Shown here in pieces: positions 11,884 through 26,700 of a stretch of 64,000 nucleotides of DNA. The position numbers and the translations under genes are program-made. Below the pieces are notes generated by a model. That model did no database searches. It worked only from the letters and a program-made list of their open reading frames with translations, and had not been told where the DNA came from. Each line of letters begins with the position of its first letter. Within the stretch, counting starts at the first letter, position 1. Source of the stretch: Paragordius varius (lineage: Eukaryota; Animalia; Nematomorpha); NCBI GenBank assembly GCA_964247055.1, contig OZ176056.1, positions 558,001 through 622,000 of the forward strand. The letters run 5' to 3'.

Positions 11884-14800
11884 ATTAATGTATAAAACTA
11901 GTCGCATCATTAGTCAAGTCTTTGTCCGTAAAAATCGGATATTGGTCACCGGTTAACAAAACTATTTTTTATACATTCTCTTAGTAAGACTACATCAAAA
12001 TATAGAGATAGTTTGACAAACTCTTTCATATCCGATTTTTACAGCGATACTTTAAAAATTAATGTATAAAACTAGTCGCATCAATACTCAAGTTAAACTT
12101 TGTCCTTAAAAATCGGATATTGGTCACAGGTGAACAAAATTATTTTTTATACATTATCTTAGTAGGACTACATCAAAATATAGAGATAGTTTGACAAACT
12201 CTTTCATATCCGATTTTTACAACGATACTTTAAAAATTAATTTATAAAACTAGTCGCATCAATACTCAAGTTAAACTTTGTCCTTAAAATCGGATATTGG
12301 TCGCCGCTAAAGAAAATTATTTTTTGTACATTCTCTTAGTAGGACTACATCAAAATATAGAGATATTTTGACAAACTCTTTCATATCCGATTTTTACAAC
12401 GATACTTTAAAAATTAATGTGTAAAACTAGTCGCATCATTAGTCAAGTCTTTGTCCTTAAAAATCGGATATTGGTCGCCGGTAAAGAAAATTATTTTTTA
12501 TACATTCTCTTAGTAGGACTACATCAAAATATAAAGAGATAGTTTGACAAACTCTTTCATATCCGATTTTTACAACGATACTTTAAAAATTAATGTATAA
12601 AACTAGCCGCATCATTAGTCAAATTAAATTGTCCTTATAAATCTGATATTGGTCACCGGTGAACAAAATTAATTTTTATACATTCTCTTAATAGGACTAC
12701 ATCATAATATAAAGATATTTTGACAAATTCTTTCATATCCGATTTTTACAACGATACTTTAAAAAATAATGTATAAAAGTAGTCGTATCAATACTCAAGT
12801 TAAACTTTGTCCTTAAAAATCGGATATTGGTCACCGGTTAACAAAACGTTTTTTTATACATTCTCTTAGTAGGACTAGATCAAAATATAGAGATAGTTTG
12901 ACAAACTCTTTCATATCCGATTTTTACAGCGATACTTTAAAAATTAATGTATAAAACTAGTCGCATCAATACTCAAGTTAAAGTTTGTCCTTAAAAATCG
13001 GATATTGGTCACAGGTGAACAAAATTATTTTTTAAACATTATCTTAGTAGGACTACATCAAAATATAGAGATAGTTTGACAAACTCTTTCATATCCGATT
13101 TTTACAGCGATACTTTAAAAATTAATGTATAAAACTAGTCGCATCAATACTCAAGTTAAACTTTGACTTAAAAATCGGATATTGGTCACCGGTGAACAAA
13201 ATTATTTTTTATACATTTTCTTAGTAGGACTACATCAAAATATAGAGATATTTTGAAAAATTCTTTCATATCCGATTTTTAAAACGATACTTTAAAAATT
13301 AATGTATTAAACTAGTCGCATCAATACTCAATTTAAACTTTGTCCTTAAAAATCGGATATTGGTCACAGGTGAACAAAATTATTTTTTATACATTCTCTT
13401 AGTAGGACTACATCAATATATAGAGATAGTTTGACAAACTCTTTCATATCCGATTTTTACAGCGATACTTTAAAAATTAATGTATAAAACTAGTCGCATC
13501 AATACTCAAGTTAAACTTTGTCCTTAAAAATCGGATATTGGTCACAGTTGAACAAAATTATTTTTTATACATTATCTTAGTAGGACTACATCAAAATATA
13601 GAGATAGTGTGACAAACTCTTTCATATCCGATTTTTACAGCGATACTTTAAAAAATAATGTATAAAAGTAGTCGCATCAATACTCAAGTTAAACTTTGTC
13701 CTTAAAAATCGGATATTGGTCACAGGTGAACAAAATTATTTTTTATACATTATCTTAGTAGGACTACATCAAAATATAGAGATAGTTTGACAAACTCTTT
13801 CATATCCGATTTTTACAGCGATACTTTAAAAATTAATGTATAAAACTAGTCGCATCATTAGTCAAGTCTTTGTCCTTAAAAATCGGATATTGGTCACAGG
13901 TGAACAAAATTATTTTTTATACATTATCTTAGTAGGACTACATCAAAATATAGAGATAGTTTGACAAATTCTTTCATATCCGATTTTTACAACGATACTT
14001 TAAAAAATAATGTATAAAAGTAGTCGCATCAATACTCAAGTTAAACTTTGTCCTTAAAAATCGGATTTTGGTCACCGGTTAACAAAACTATTTTTTATAC
14101 ATTATCATAGTAGGACTAGATTAAAATATAGAGATAGTTTGACAAACTCTTTCATATCCGATTTTTACAGCGATACTTTAAAAATTAATTTATAAAACTA
14201 GTCGCAACAATACTCAAGTTAAATTTTGTCCTTAAAATCGGATATTGGTCGCCGCTAAAGAAAATTATTTTTTGTACATTCTCTTAGTAGGACTACATCA
14301 AAATATAGAGATAGTTTGACCAACTCTTTCATATCCGATTTTTACAACGATACTTTAAAAATTAATGTATAAAACTAGTCGCATCATTAGTCAAGTCTTT
14401 GTCCGTAAAAATCGGATATTGGTCACCGGTTAACAAAACTATTTTTTATACATTCTCTTAGTAAGACTACATCAAAATATAGAGATAGTTTGACAAACTC
14501 TTTCATATCCGATTTTTACAGCGATACTTTAAAAATTAATGTATAAAACTAGTCGCATCAATACTCAAGTTAAACTTTGTCCTTAAAAATCGGATATTGG
14601 TCACAGGTGAACAAAATTATTTTTTATACATTATCTTAGTAGGACTACATCAAAATATAGAGATAGTTTGACAAACTCTTTCATATCCGATTTTTACAAC
14701 GATACTTTAAAAATTAATTTATAAAACTAGTCGCATCAATACTCAAGTTAAACTTTGTCCTTAAAATCGGATATTGGTCGCCGCTAAAGAAAATTATTTT

Positions 14801-17718
14801 TTGTACATTCTCTTAGTAGGACTACATCAAAATATAGAGATAGTTTGACAAACTCTTTCATATCTAATTTTTACAACGATACTTTAAAAATTAATGTGTA
14901 AAACTAGTCGCATCATTAGTCAAGTCTTTGTCCTTAAAAATCGGATATTGGTCGCCGGTAAAGAAAATTATTTTTTATACATTCTCTTAGTAGGACTACA
15001 TCAAAATATAAAGAGATAGTTTGACAAACTCTTTCATATCCGATTTTTACAACGATACTTTAAAAATTAATGTATAAAACTAGCCGCATCATTAGTCAAA
15101 TTAAATTGTCCTTATAAATCTGATATTGGTCACCGGTGAACAAAATTAATTTTTATACATTCTCTTAATAGGACTACATCATAATATAAAGATATTTTGA
15201 CAAATTCTTTCATATCCGATTTTTACAACGATACTTTAAAAAATAATGTATAAAAGTAGTCGTATCAATACTCAAGTTAAACTTTGTCCTTAAAAATCGG
15301 ATATTGGTCACCGGTTAACAAAACGTTTTTTTATACATTCTCTTAGTAGGACTAGATCAAAATATAGAGATAGTTTGACAAACTCTTTCATATCCGATTT
15401 TTACAGCGATACTTTAAAAATTAATGTATAAAACTAGTCGCATCAATACTCAAGTTAAAGTTTGTCCTTAAAAATCGGATATTGGTCACAGGTGAACAAA
15501 ATTATTTTTTAAACATTATCTTAGTAGGACTACATCAAAATATAGAGATAGTTTGACAAACTCTTTCATATCCGATTTTTACAGCGATACTTTAAAAATT
15601 AATGTATAAAACTAGTCGCATCAATACTCAAGTTAAACTTTGACTTAAAAATCGGATATTGGTCACCGGTGAACAAAATTATTTTTTATACATTTTCTTA
15701 GTAGGACTACATCAAAATATAGAGATATTTTGAAAAATTCTTTCATATCCGATTTTTAAAACGATACTTTAAAAATTAATGTATTAAACTAGTCGCATCA
15801 ATACTCAATTTAAACTTTGTCCTTAAAAATCGGATATTGGTCACAGGTGAACAAAATTATTTTTTATACATTCTCTTAGTAGGACTACATCAATATATAG
15901 AGATAGTTTGACAAACTCTTTCATATCCGATTTTTACAGCGATACTTTAAAAATTAATGTATAAAACTAGTCGCATCAATACTCAAGTTAAACTTTGTCC
16001 TTAAAAATCGGATATTGGTCACAGTTAAACAAAATTATTTTTTATACATTATCTTAGTAGGACTACATCAAAATATAGAGATAGTGTGACAAACTCTTTC
16101 ATATCCGATTTTTACAGCGATACTTTAAAAAATAATGTATAAAAGTAGTCGCATCAATACTCAAGTTAAACTTTGTCCTTAAAAATCGGATATTGGTCAC
16201 AGGTGAACAAAATTATTTTTTATACATTATCTTAGTAGGACTACATCAAAATATAGAGATAGTTTGACAAACTCTTTCATATCCGATTTTTACAGCGATA
16301 CTTTAAAAATTAATGTATAAAACTAGTCGCATCATTAGTCAAGTCTTTGTCCTTAAAAATCGGATATTGGTCACAGGTGAACAAAATTATTTTTTATACA
16401 TTATCTTAGTAGGACTACATCAAAATATAGAGATAGTTTGACAAATTCTTTCATATCCGATTTTTACAACGATACTTTAAAAAATAATGTATAAAAGTAG
16501 TCGCATCAATACTCAAGTTAAACTTTGTCCTTAAAAATCGGATATTGGTCACCGGTTAACAAAACTATTTTTTATACATTATCATAGTAGGACTAGATTA
16601 AAATATAGAGATAGTTTGACAAACTCTTTCATATCCGATTTTTACAGCGATACTTTAAAAATTAATTTATAAAACTAGTCGCAACAATACTCAAGTTAAA
16701 TTTTGTCCTTAAAATCGGATATTGGTCGCCGCTAAAGAAAATTATTTTTTGTACATTCTCTTAGTAGGACTACATCAAAATATAGAGATAGTTTGACCAA
16801 CTCTTTCATATCCGATTTTTACAACGATACTTTAAAAATTAATGTATAAAACTAGTCGCATCATTAGTCAAGTCTTTGTCCGTAAAAATCGGATATTGGT
16901 CACCGGTTAACAAAACTATTTTTTATACATTCTCTTAGTAAGACTACATCAAAATATAGAGATAGTTTGACAAACTCTTTCATATCCGATTTTTACAGCG
17001 ATACTTTAAAAATTAATGTATAAAACTAGTCGCATCAATACTCAAGTTAAACTTTGTCCTTAAAAATCGGATATTGGTCACAGGTGAACAAAATTATTTT
17101 TTATACATTATCTTAGTAGGACTACATCAAAATATAGAGATAGTTTGACAAACTCTTTCATATCCGATTTTTACAACGATACTTTAAAAATTAATTTATA
17201 AAACTAGTCGCATCAATACTCAAGTTAAACTTTGTCCTTAAAATCGGATATTGGTCGCCGCTAAAGAAAATTATTTTTTGTACATTCTCTTAGTAGGACT
17301 ACATCAAAATATAGAGATAGTTTGACAAACTCTTTCATATCCGATTTTTACAACGATACTTTAAAAATTAATATGTAAAACTAGTCGCATCATTAGTCAA
17401 GTCTTTGTCCTTAAAAATCGGATATTGGTCGCCGGTAAAGAAAATTATTTTTTATACATTCTCTTAGTAGGACTACATCAAAATATAAAGAGATAGTTTG
17501 ACAAACTCTTTCATATCCGATTTTTACAACGATACTTTAAAAATTAATGTATAAAACTAGCCGCATCATTAGTCAAATTAAATTGTCCTTATAAATCTGA
17601 TATTGGTCACCGGTGAACAAAATTAATTTTTATACATTCTCTTAATAGGACTACATCATAATATAAAGATATTTTGACAAACTCTTTCATATCCGATTTT
17701 TACAGCGATACTTTAAAA
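11884..17718 (+). repeat. 14-monomer HOR, period 2477 bp, ~2.4 copies (clade II)
   Basis: Unit starts at 11884, 14361 and 16838. The private insertion marker TCAAAATATAAAGAG occurs at 12524, 15001 and 17478 (offsets 2477). Confidence 0.93.
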
Positions 17719-20700
17719 ATTAATGTATAAAACTAGTCGCATCAATACTCAAGTTAAAGTTTGTCCTTAAAAATCGGATATTGGTCACAGGTGAACAAAA
17801 TTATTTTTTATACATTATCTTAGTAGGACTACATCAAAATATAGAGATAGTTTGACAAACTCTTTCATATCCGATTTTTACAGCGATACTTTAAAAATTA
17901 ATGTATAAAACTAGTCGCATCAATACTCAAGTTAAACTTTGACTTAAAAATCGGATATTGGTCACCGGTGAACAAAATTATTTTTTATACATTTTCTTAG
18001 TAGGACTACATCAAAATATAGAGATATTTTGACAAATTCTTTCATATCCGATTTTTAAAACGATACTTTAAAAATTAATGTATTAAACTAGTCGCATCAA
18101 TACTCAATTTAAACTTTGTCCTTAAAAATCGGATATTGGTCACAGGTGAACAAAATTATTTTTTATACATTCTCTTAGTAGGACTACATCAATATATAGA
18201 GATAGTTTGACAAACTCTTTCATATCTGATTTTTACAGCGATACTTTAAAAATTAATGTATAAAACTAGTCGCATCAATACTCAAGTTAAACTTTGTCCT
18301 TAAAAATCGGATATTGGTCACAGTTGAACAAAATTATTTTTTATACATTAACTTAGTAGGACTACATCAAAATATAGAGATAGTGTGACAAACTCTTTCA
18401 TATCCGATTTTTACAGCGATACTTTAAAAAATAATGTATAAAAGTAGTCGCATCAATACTCAAGTTAAACTTTGTCCTTAAAAATCGGATATTGGTCACA
18501 GGTGAACAAAATTATTTTTTATACATTATCTTAGTAGGACTACATCAAAATGTAGAGATAGTTTGACAAACTCTTTCATATCCGATTTTTACAGCGATAC
18601 TTTAAAAATTAATGTATAAAACTAGTCGCATCATTAGTCAAGTCTTTGTCCTTAAAAATCGGATATTGGTCACAGGTGAACAAAATTATTTTTTATACAA
18701 TATCTTAGTAGGACTACATCAAAATATAGAGATAGTTTGACAAACTCTTTCATATCCGATTTTTACAGCGATACTTTAAAAAATAATGTATAAAAGTAGT
18801 CGCATCAATACTCAAGTTAAACTTTGTCCGTAAAAATCGGATATTGGTCGCCGGTTAACAAAACTATTTTTACATTCTCTTAGTAAGACTACATCAAAAT
18901 ATAGAGATAGTTTGACAAACTCTTTCATATCCGATTTTTACAGCGATACTTTAAAAATTATGGTTTTAAACCAGTCGCATCAATACTCAAGTTAAACTTT
19001 GTCCTTAAAAATCGGATATTGGTCACAGTTGAACAAAATTATTTTTTATACATTATCTTAGTAGGACTACATCAAAATATAGAGATAGTTTGACAAACTC
19101 TTTCATATCCGATTTTTACAGCGATACTTTAAAAAATAATTTATAAAACTAGTCGCAACAATACTCAAGTTAAACTTTGTCCTTAAAATCGGATATTGGT
19201 CGCCGCTAAAGAAAATTATTTTTTGTACATTCTCTTAGTAGGACTACATCAAAATATAGAGATAGTTTGACAAACTCTTTCATATCCGATTTTTACAACG
19301 ATACTTTAAAAATTAATGTATAAAACTAGTCGCATCATTAGTCAAGTCTTTGTCCTTAAAAATCGGATATTGGTCGCCGGTAAAGAAAATTATTTTTTAT
19401 ACATTCTCTTAGTAGAACTACATCAAAATATAGAGATAGTTTGACAAACTCTTTCATATCCGATTTTTTACAACGATACTTTAAAAATTAATGTATAAAA
19501 CTAGTCGCATCAATACTCAAGTTAAACATTGTCCTTAAGAATCGGATATTGGTCGCGGATAAAGAAAATTATTTTTTATACATTCTCTTAGTAGGACTAC
19601 ATCAAAATATAGGGATAGTTTGACAAACTCTTTCATATCCGATTTTTACAACGATACTTTAAAAATTAATGTATAAAACTAGTCGCATCATTAGTCAAGT
19701 CTTTGTCCTTAAAAATCGGATATTGGTTGCCGGTAAAGAAAATTATTTTTTTACATTCTCTTAGTAGGACTACATCAAAATATAGAGATAGTTTGACAAA
19801 CTCTTTCATATCCGATTTTTACAACGATACTTTAAAAATTAATGTATAAAACTAGTCGCATCAATACTCAAGTTAAACTTTGTCTTTAAAAATCGGATAT
19901 TGGTCACAGGTGAACAAAATTATTTTTTATACATTATCTTAGTAGGACTACATCAAAATTTAGAGATAGTTTGACAAATCTCTTTCATATCCGATTTTTA
20001 CAGCGATACTTTAAAAATTAATGTATAAAACTAGCCGCATCATTAGTCAAATTAAATTGTCCTTATAAATCTGATATTGGTCACCGGTGAACAAAATTAA
20101 TTTTTATACATTCTCTTAATAGGACTACATCATAATATAAAGATATTTTGACAAACTCTTTCATATCCGATTTTTACAGCGATACTTTAAAAATTAATGT
20201 ATAAAACTAGTCGCATCAATACTCAAGTTAAAGTTTGTCCTTAAAAATCGGATATTGGTCACAGGTGAACAAAATTATTTTTTATACATTATCTTAGTAG
20301 GACTACATCAAAATATAGAGATAGTTTGACAAACTCTTTCATATCCGATTTTTACAGCGATACTTTAAAAATTAATGTATAAAACTAGTCGCATCAATAC
20401 TCAAGTTAAACTTTGACTTAAAAATCGGATATTGGTCACCGGTGAATAAAATTATTTTTTATACATTTTCTTAGTAGGACTACATCAAAATATAGAGATA
20501 TTTTGACAAATTCTTTCATATCCGATTTTTAAAACGATACTTTAAAAATTAATGTATTAAACTAGTCGCATCAATACTCAATTTAAACTTTGTCCTTAAA
20601 AATCGGATATTGGTCACAGGTGAACAAAATTATTTTTTATACATTCTCTTAGTAGGACTACATCAATATATAGAGATAGTTTGACAAACTCTTTCATATC

Positions 20701-23700
20701 TGATTTTTACAGCGATACTTTAAAAATTAATGTATAAAACTAGTCGCATCAATACTCAAGTTAAACTTTGTCCTTAAAAATCGGATATTGGTCACAGTTG
20801 AACAAAATTATTTTTTATACATTAACTTAGTAGGACTACATCAAAATATAGAGATAGTGTGACAAACTCTTTCATATCCGATTTTTACAGCGATACTTTA
20901 AAAAATAATGTATAAAAGTAGTCGCATCAATACTCAAGTTAAACTTTGTCCTTAAAAATCGGATATTGGTCACAGGTGAACAAAATTATTTTTTATACAT
21001 TATCTTAGTAGGACTACATCAAAATGTAGAGATAGTTTGACAAACTCTTTCATATCCGATTTTTACAGCGATACTTTAAAAATTAATGTATAAAACTAGT
21101 CGCATCATTAGTCAAGTCTTTGTCCTTAAAAATCGGATATTGGTCACAGGTGAACAAAATTATTTTTTATACAATATCTTAGTAGGACTACATCAAAATA
21201 TAGAGATAGTTTGACAAACTCTTTCATATCCGATTTTTACAGCGATACTTTAAAAAATAATGTATAAAAGTAGTCGCATCAATACTCAAGTTAAACTTTG
21301 TCCGTAAAAATCGGATATTGGTCGCCGGTTAACAAAACTATTTTTACATTCTCTTAGTAAGACTACATCAAAATATAGAGATAGTTTGACAAACTCTTTC
21401 ATATCCGATTTTTACAGCGATACTTTAAAAATTATGGTTTTAAACCAGTCGCATCAATACTCAAGTTAAACTTTGTCCTTAAAAATCGGATATTGGTCGC
21501 CGCTAAAGAAAATTATTTTTTGTACATTCTCTTAGTAGGACTACATCAAAATATAGAGATAGTTTGACAAACTCTTTCATATCCGATTTTTACAACGATA
21601 CTTTAAAAATTAATGTATAAAACTAGTCGCATCATTAGTCAAGTCTTTGTCCTTAAAAATCGGATATTGGTCGCCGGTAAAGAAAATTATTTTTTATACA
21701 TTCTCTTAGTAGAACTACATCAAAATATAGAGATAGTTTGACAAACTCTTTCATATCCGATTTTTACAACGATACTTTAAAAATTAATGTATAAAACTAG
21801 TCGCATCAATACTCAAGTTAAACATTGTCCTTAAGAATCGGATATTGGTCGCGGATAAAGAAAATTATTTTTTATACATTCTCTTAGTAGGACTACATCA
21901 AAATATAGGGATAGTTTGACAAACTCTTTCATATCCGATTTTTACAACGATACTTTAAAAATTAATGTATAAAACTAGTCGCATCATTAGTCAAGTCTTT
22001 GTCCTTAAAAATCGGATATTGGTTGCCGGTAAAGAAAATTATTTTTTTACATTCTCTTAGTAGGACTACATCAAAATATAGAGATAGTTTGACAAACTCT
22101 TTCATATCCGATTTTTACAACGATACTTTAAAAATTAATGTATAAAACTAGTCGCATCAATACTCAAGTTAAACTTTGTCTTTAAAAATCGGATATTGGT
22201 CACAGGTGAACAAAATTATTTTTTATACATTATCTTAGTAGGACTACATCAAAATATAGAGATAGTTTGACAAACTCTTTCATATCCGATTTTTACAGCG
22301 ATACTTTAAAAATTAATGTATAAAACTAGCCGCATCATTAGTCAAATTAAATTGTCCTTATAAATCTGATATTGGTCACCGGTGAACAAAATTAATTTTT
22401 ATACATTCTCTTAATAGGACTACATCATAATATAAAGATATTTTGACAAACTCTTTCATATCCGATTTTTACAGCGATACTTTAAAAATTAATGTATAAA
22501 ACTAGTCGCATCAATACTCAAGTTAAAGTTTGTCCTTAAAAATCGGATATTGGTCACAGGTGAACAAAATTATTTTTTATACATTATCTTAGTAGGACTA
22601 CATCAAAATATAGAGATAGTTTGACAAACTCTTTCATATCCGATTTTTACAGCGATACTTTAAAAATTAATGTATAAAACTAGTCGCATCAATACTCAAG
22701 TTAAACTTTGACTTAAAAATCGGATATTGGTCACCGGTGAACAAAATTATTTTTTATACATTTTCTTAGTAGGACTACATCAAAATATAGAGATATTTTG
22801 ACAAATTCTTTCATATCCGATTTTTAAAACGATACTTTAAAAATTAATGTATTAAACTAGTCGCATCAATACTCAATTTAAACTTTGTCCTTAAAAATCG
22901 GATATTGGTCACAGGTGAACAAAATTATTTTTTATACATTCTCTTAGTAGGACTACATCAATATATAGAGATAGTTTGACAAACTCTTTCATATCTGATT
23001 TTTACAGCGATACTTTAAAAATTAATGTATAAAACTAGTCGCATCAATACTCAAGTTAAACTTTGTCCTTAAAAATCGGATATTGGTCACAGTTGAACAA
23101 AATTATTTTTTATACATTAACTTAGTAGGACTACATCAAAATATAGAGATAGTGTGACAAACTCTTTCATATCCGATTTTTACAGCGATACTTTAAAAAA
23201 TAATGTATAAAAGTAGTCGCATCAATACTCAAGTTAAACTTTGTCCTTAAAAATCGGATATTGGTCACAGGTGAACAAAATTATTTTTTATACATTATCT
23301 TAGTAGGACTACATCAAAATGTAGAGATAGTTTGACAAACTCTTTCATATCCGATTTTTACAGCGATACTTTAAAAATTAATGTATAAAACTAGTCGCAT
23401 CATTAGTCAAGTCTTTGTCCTTAAAAATCGGATATTGGTCACAGGTGAACAAAATTATTTTTTATACAATATCTTAGTAGGACTACATCAAAATATAGAG
23501 ATAGTTTGACAAACTCTTTCATATCCGATTTTTACAGCGATACTTTAAAAAATAATGTATAAAAGTAGTCGCATCAATACTCAAGTTAAACTTTGTCCGT
23601 AAAAATCGGATATTGGTCGCCGGTTAACAAAACTATTTTTACATTCTCTTAGTAAGACTACATCAAAATATAGAGATAGTTTGACAAACTCTTTCATATC

Positions 23701-26700
23701 CGATTTTTACAGCGATACTTTAAAAATTATGGTTTTAAACCAGTCGCATCAATACTCAAGTTAAACTTTGTCCTTAAAAATCGGATATTGGTCACAGTTG
23801 AACAAAATTATTTTTTATACATTATCTTAGTAGGACTACATCAAAATATAGAGATAGTTTGACAAACTCTTTCATATCCGATTTTTACAGCGATACTTTA
23901 AAAAATAATTTATAAAACTAGTCGCAACAATACTCAAGTTAAACTTTGTCCTTAAAATCGGATATTGGTCGCCGCTAAAGAAAATTATTTTTTGTACATT
24001 CTCTTAGTAGGACTACATCAAAATATAGAGATAGTTTGACAAACTCTTTCATATCCGATTTTTACAACGATACTTTAAAAAATAATGTATAAAAGTAGTC
24101 GCATCAATACTCAAGTTAAACTTTGTCCTTAAAAATCGGATATTGGTCACAGGTGAACAAAATTATTTTTTATACATTATCTTAGTAGGACTACATCAAA
24201 ATGTAGAGATAGTTTGACAAACTCTTTCATATCCGATTTTTACAGCGATACTTTAAAAATTAATGTATAAAACTAGTCGCATCATTAGTCAAGTCTTTGT
24301 CCTTAAAAATCGGATATTGGTCACAGGTGAACAAAATTATTTTTTATACAATATCTTAGTAGGACTACATCAAAATATAGAGATAGTTTGACAAACTCTT
24401 TCATATCCGATTTTTACAGCGATACTTTAAAAAATAATGTATAAAAGTAGTCGCATCAATACTCAAGTTAAACTTTGTCCGTAAAAATCGGATATTGGTC
24501 GCCGGTTAACAAAACTATTTTTACATTCTCTTAGTAAGACTACATCAAAATATAGAGATAGTTTGACAAACTCTTTCATATCCGATTTTTACAGCGATAC
24601 TTTAAAAATTATGGTTTTAAACCAGTCGCATCAATACTCAAGTTAAACTTTGTCCTTAAAAATCGGATATTGGTCGCCGCTAAAGAAAATTATTTTTTGT
24701 ACATTCTCTTAGTAGGACTACATCAAAATATAGAGATAGTTTGACAAACTCTTTCATATCCGATTTTTACAACGATACTTTAAAAATTAATGTATAAAAC
24801 TAGTCGCATCATTAGTCAAGTCTTTGTCCTTAAAAATCGGATATTGGTCGCCGGTAAAGAAAATTATTTTTTATACATTCTCTTAGTAGAACTACATCAA
24901 AATATAGAGATAGTTTGACAAACTCTTTCATATCCGATTTTTACAACGATACTTTAAAAATTAATGTATAAAACTAGTCGCATCAATACTCAAGTTAAAC
25001 ATTGTCCTTAAGAATCGGATATTGGTCGCGGATAAAGAAAATTATTTTTTATACATTCTCTTAGTAGGACTACATCAAAATATAGGGATAGTTTGACAAA
25101 CTCTTTCATATCCGATTTTTACAACGATACTTTAAAAATTAATGTATAAAACTAGTCGCATCATTAGTCAAGTCTTTGTCCTTAAAAATCGGATATTGGT
25201 TGCCGGTAAAGAAAATTATTTTTTTACATTCTCTTAGTAGGACTACATCAAAATATAGAGATAGTTTGACAAACTCTTTCATATCCGATTTTTACAACGA
25301 TACTTTAAAAATTAATGTATAAAACTAGTCGCATCAATACTCAAGTTAAACTTTGTCTTTAAAAATCGGATATTGGTCACAGGTGAACAAAATTATTTTT
25401 TATACATTATCTTAGTAGGACTACATCAAAATATAGAGATAGTTTGACAAACTCTTTCATATCCGATTTTTACAGCGATACTTTAAAAATTAATGTATAA
25501 AACTAGCCGCATCATTAGTCAAATTAAATTGTCCTTATAAATCTGATATTGGTCACCGGTGAACAAAATTAATTTTTATACATTCTCTTAATAGGACTAC
25601 ATCATAATATAAAGATATTTTGACAAACTCTTTCATATCCGATTTTTACAGCGATACTTTAAAAATTAATGTATAAAACTAGTCGCATCAATACTCAAGT
25701 TAAAGTTTGTCCTTAAAAATCGGATATTGGTCACAGGTGAACAAAATTATTTTTTATACATTATCTTAGTAGGACTACATCAAAATATAGAGATAGTTTG
25801 ACAAACTCTTTCATATCCGATTTTTACAGCGATACTTTAAAAATTAATGTATAAAACTAGTCGCATCAATACTCAAGTTAAACTTTGACTTAAAAATCGG
25901 ATATTGGTCACCGGTGAACAAAATTATTTTTTATACATTTTCTTAGTAGGACTACATCAAAATATAGAGATATTTTGACAAATTCTTTCATATCCGATTT
26001 TTAAAACGATACTTTAAAAATTAATGTATTAAACTAGTCGCATCAATACTCAATTTAAACTTTGTCCTTAAAAATCGGATATTGGTCACAGGTGAACAAA
26101 ATTATTTTTTATACATTCTCTTAGTAGGACTACATCAATATATAGAGATAGTTTGACAAACTCTTTCATATCTGATTTTTACAGCGATACTTTAAAAATT
26201 AATGTATAAAACTAGTCGCATCAATACTCAAGTTAAACTTTGTCCTTAAAAATCGGATATTGGTCACAGTTGAACAAAATTATTTTTTATACATTAACTT
26301 AGTAGGACTACATCAAAATATAGAGATAGTGTGACAAACTCTTTCATATCCGATTTTTACAGCGATACTTTAAAAAATAATGTATAAAAGTAGTCGCATC
26401 AATACTCAAGTTAAACTTTGTCCTTAAAAATCGGATATTGGTCACAGGTGAACAAAATTATTTTTTATACATTATCTTAGTAGGACTACATCAAAATGTA
26501 GAGATAGTTTGACAAACTCTTTCATATCCGATTTTTACAGCGATACTTTAAAAATTAATGTATAAAACTAGTCGCATCATTAGTCAAGTCTTTGTCCTTA
26601 AAAATCGGATATTGGTCACAGGTGAACAAAATTATTTTTTATACAATATCTTAGTAGGACTACATCAAAATATAGAGATAGTTTGACAAACTCTTTCATA

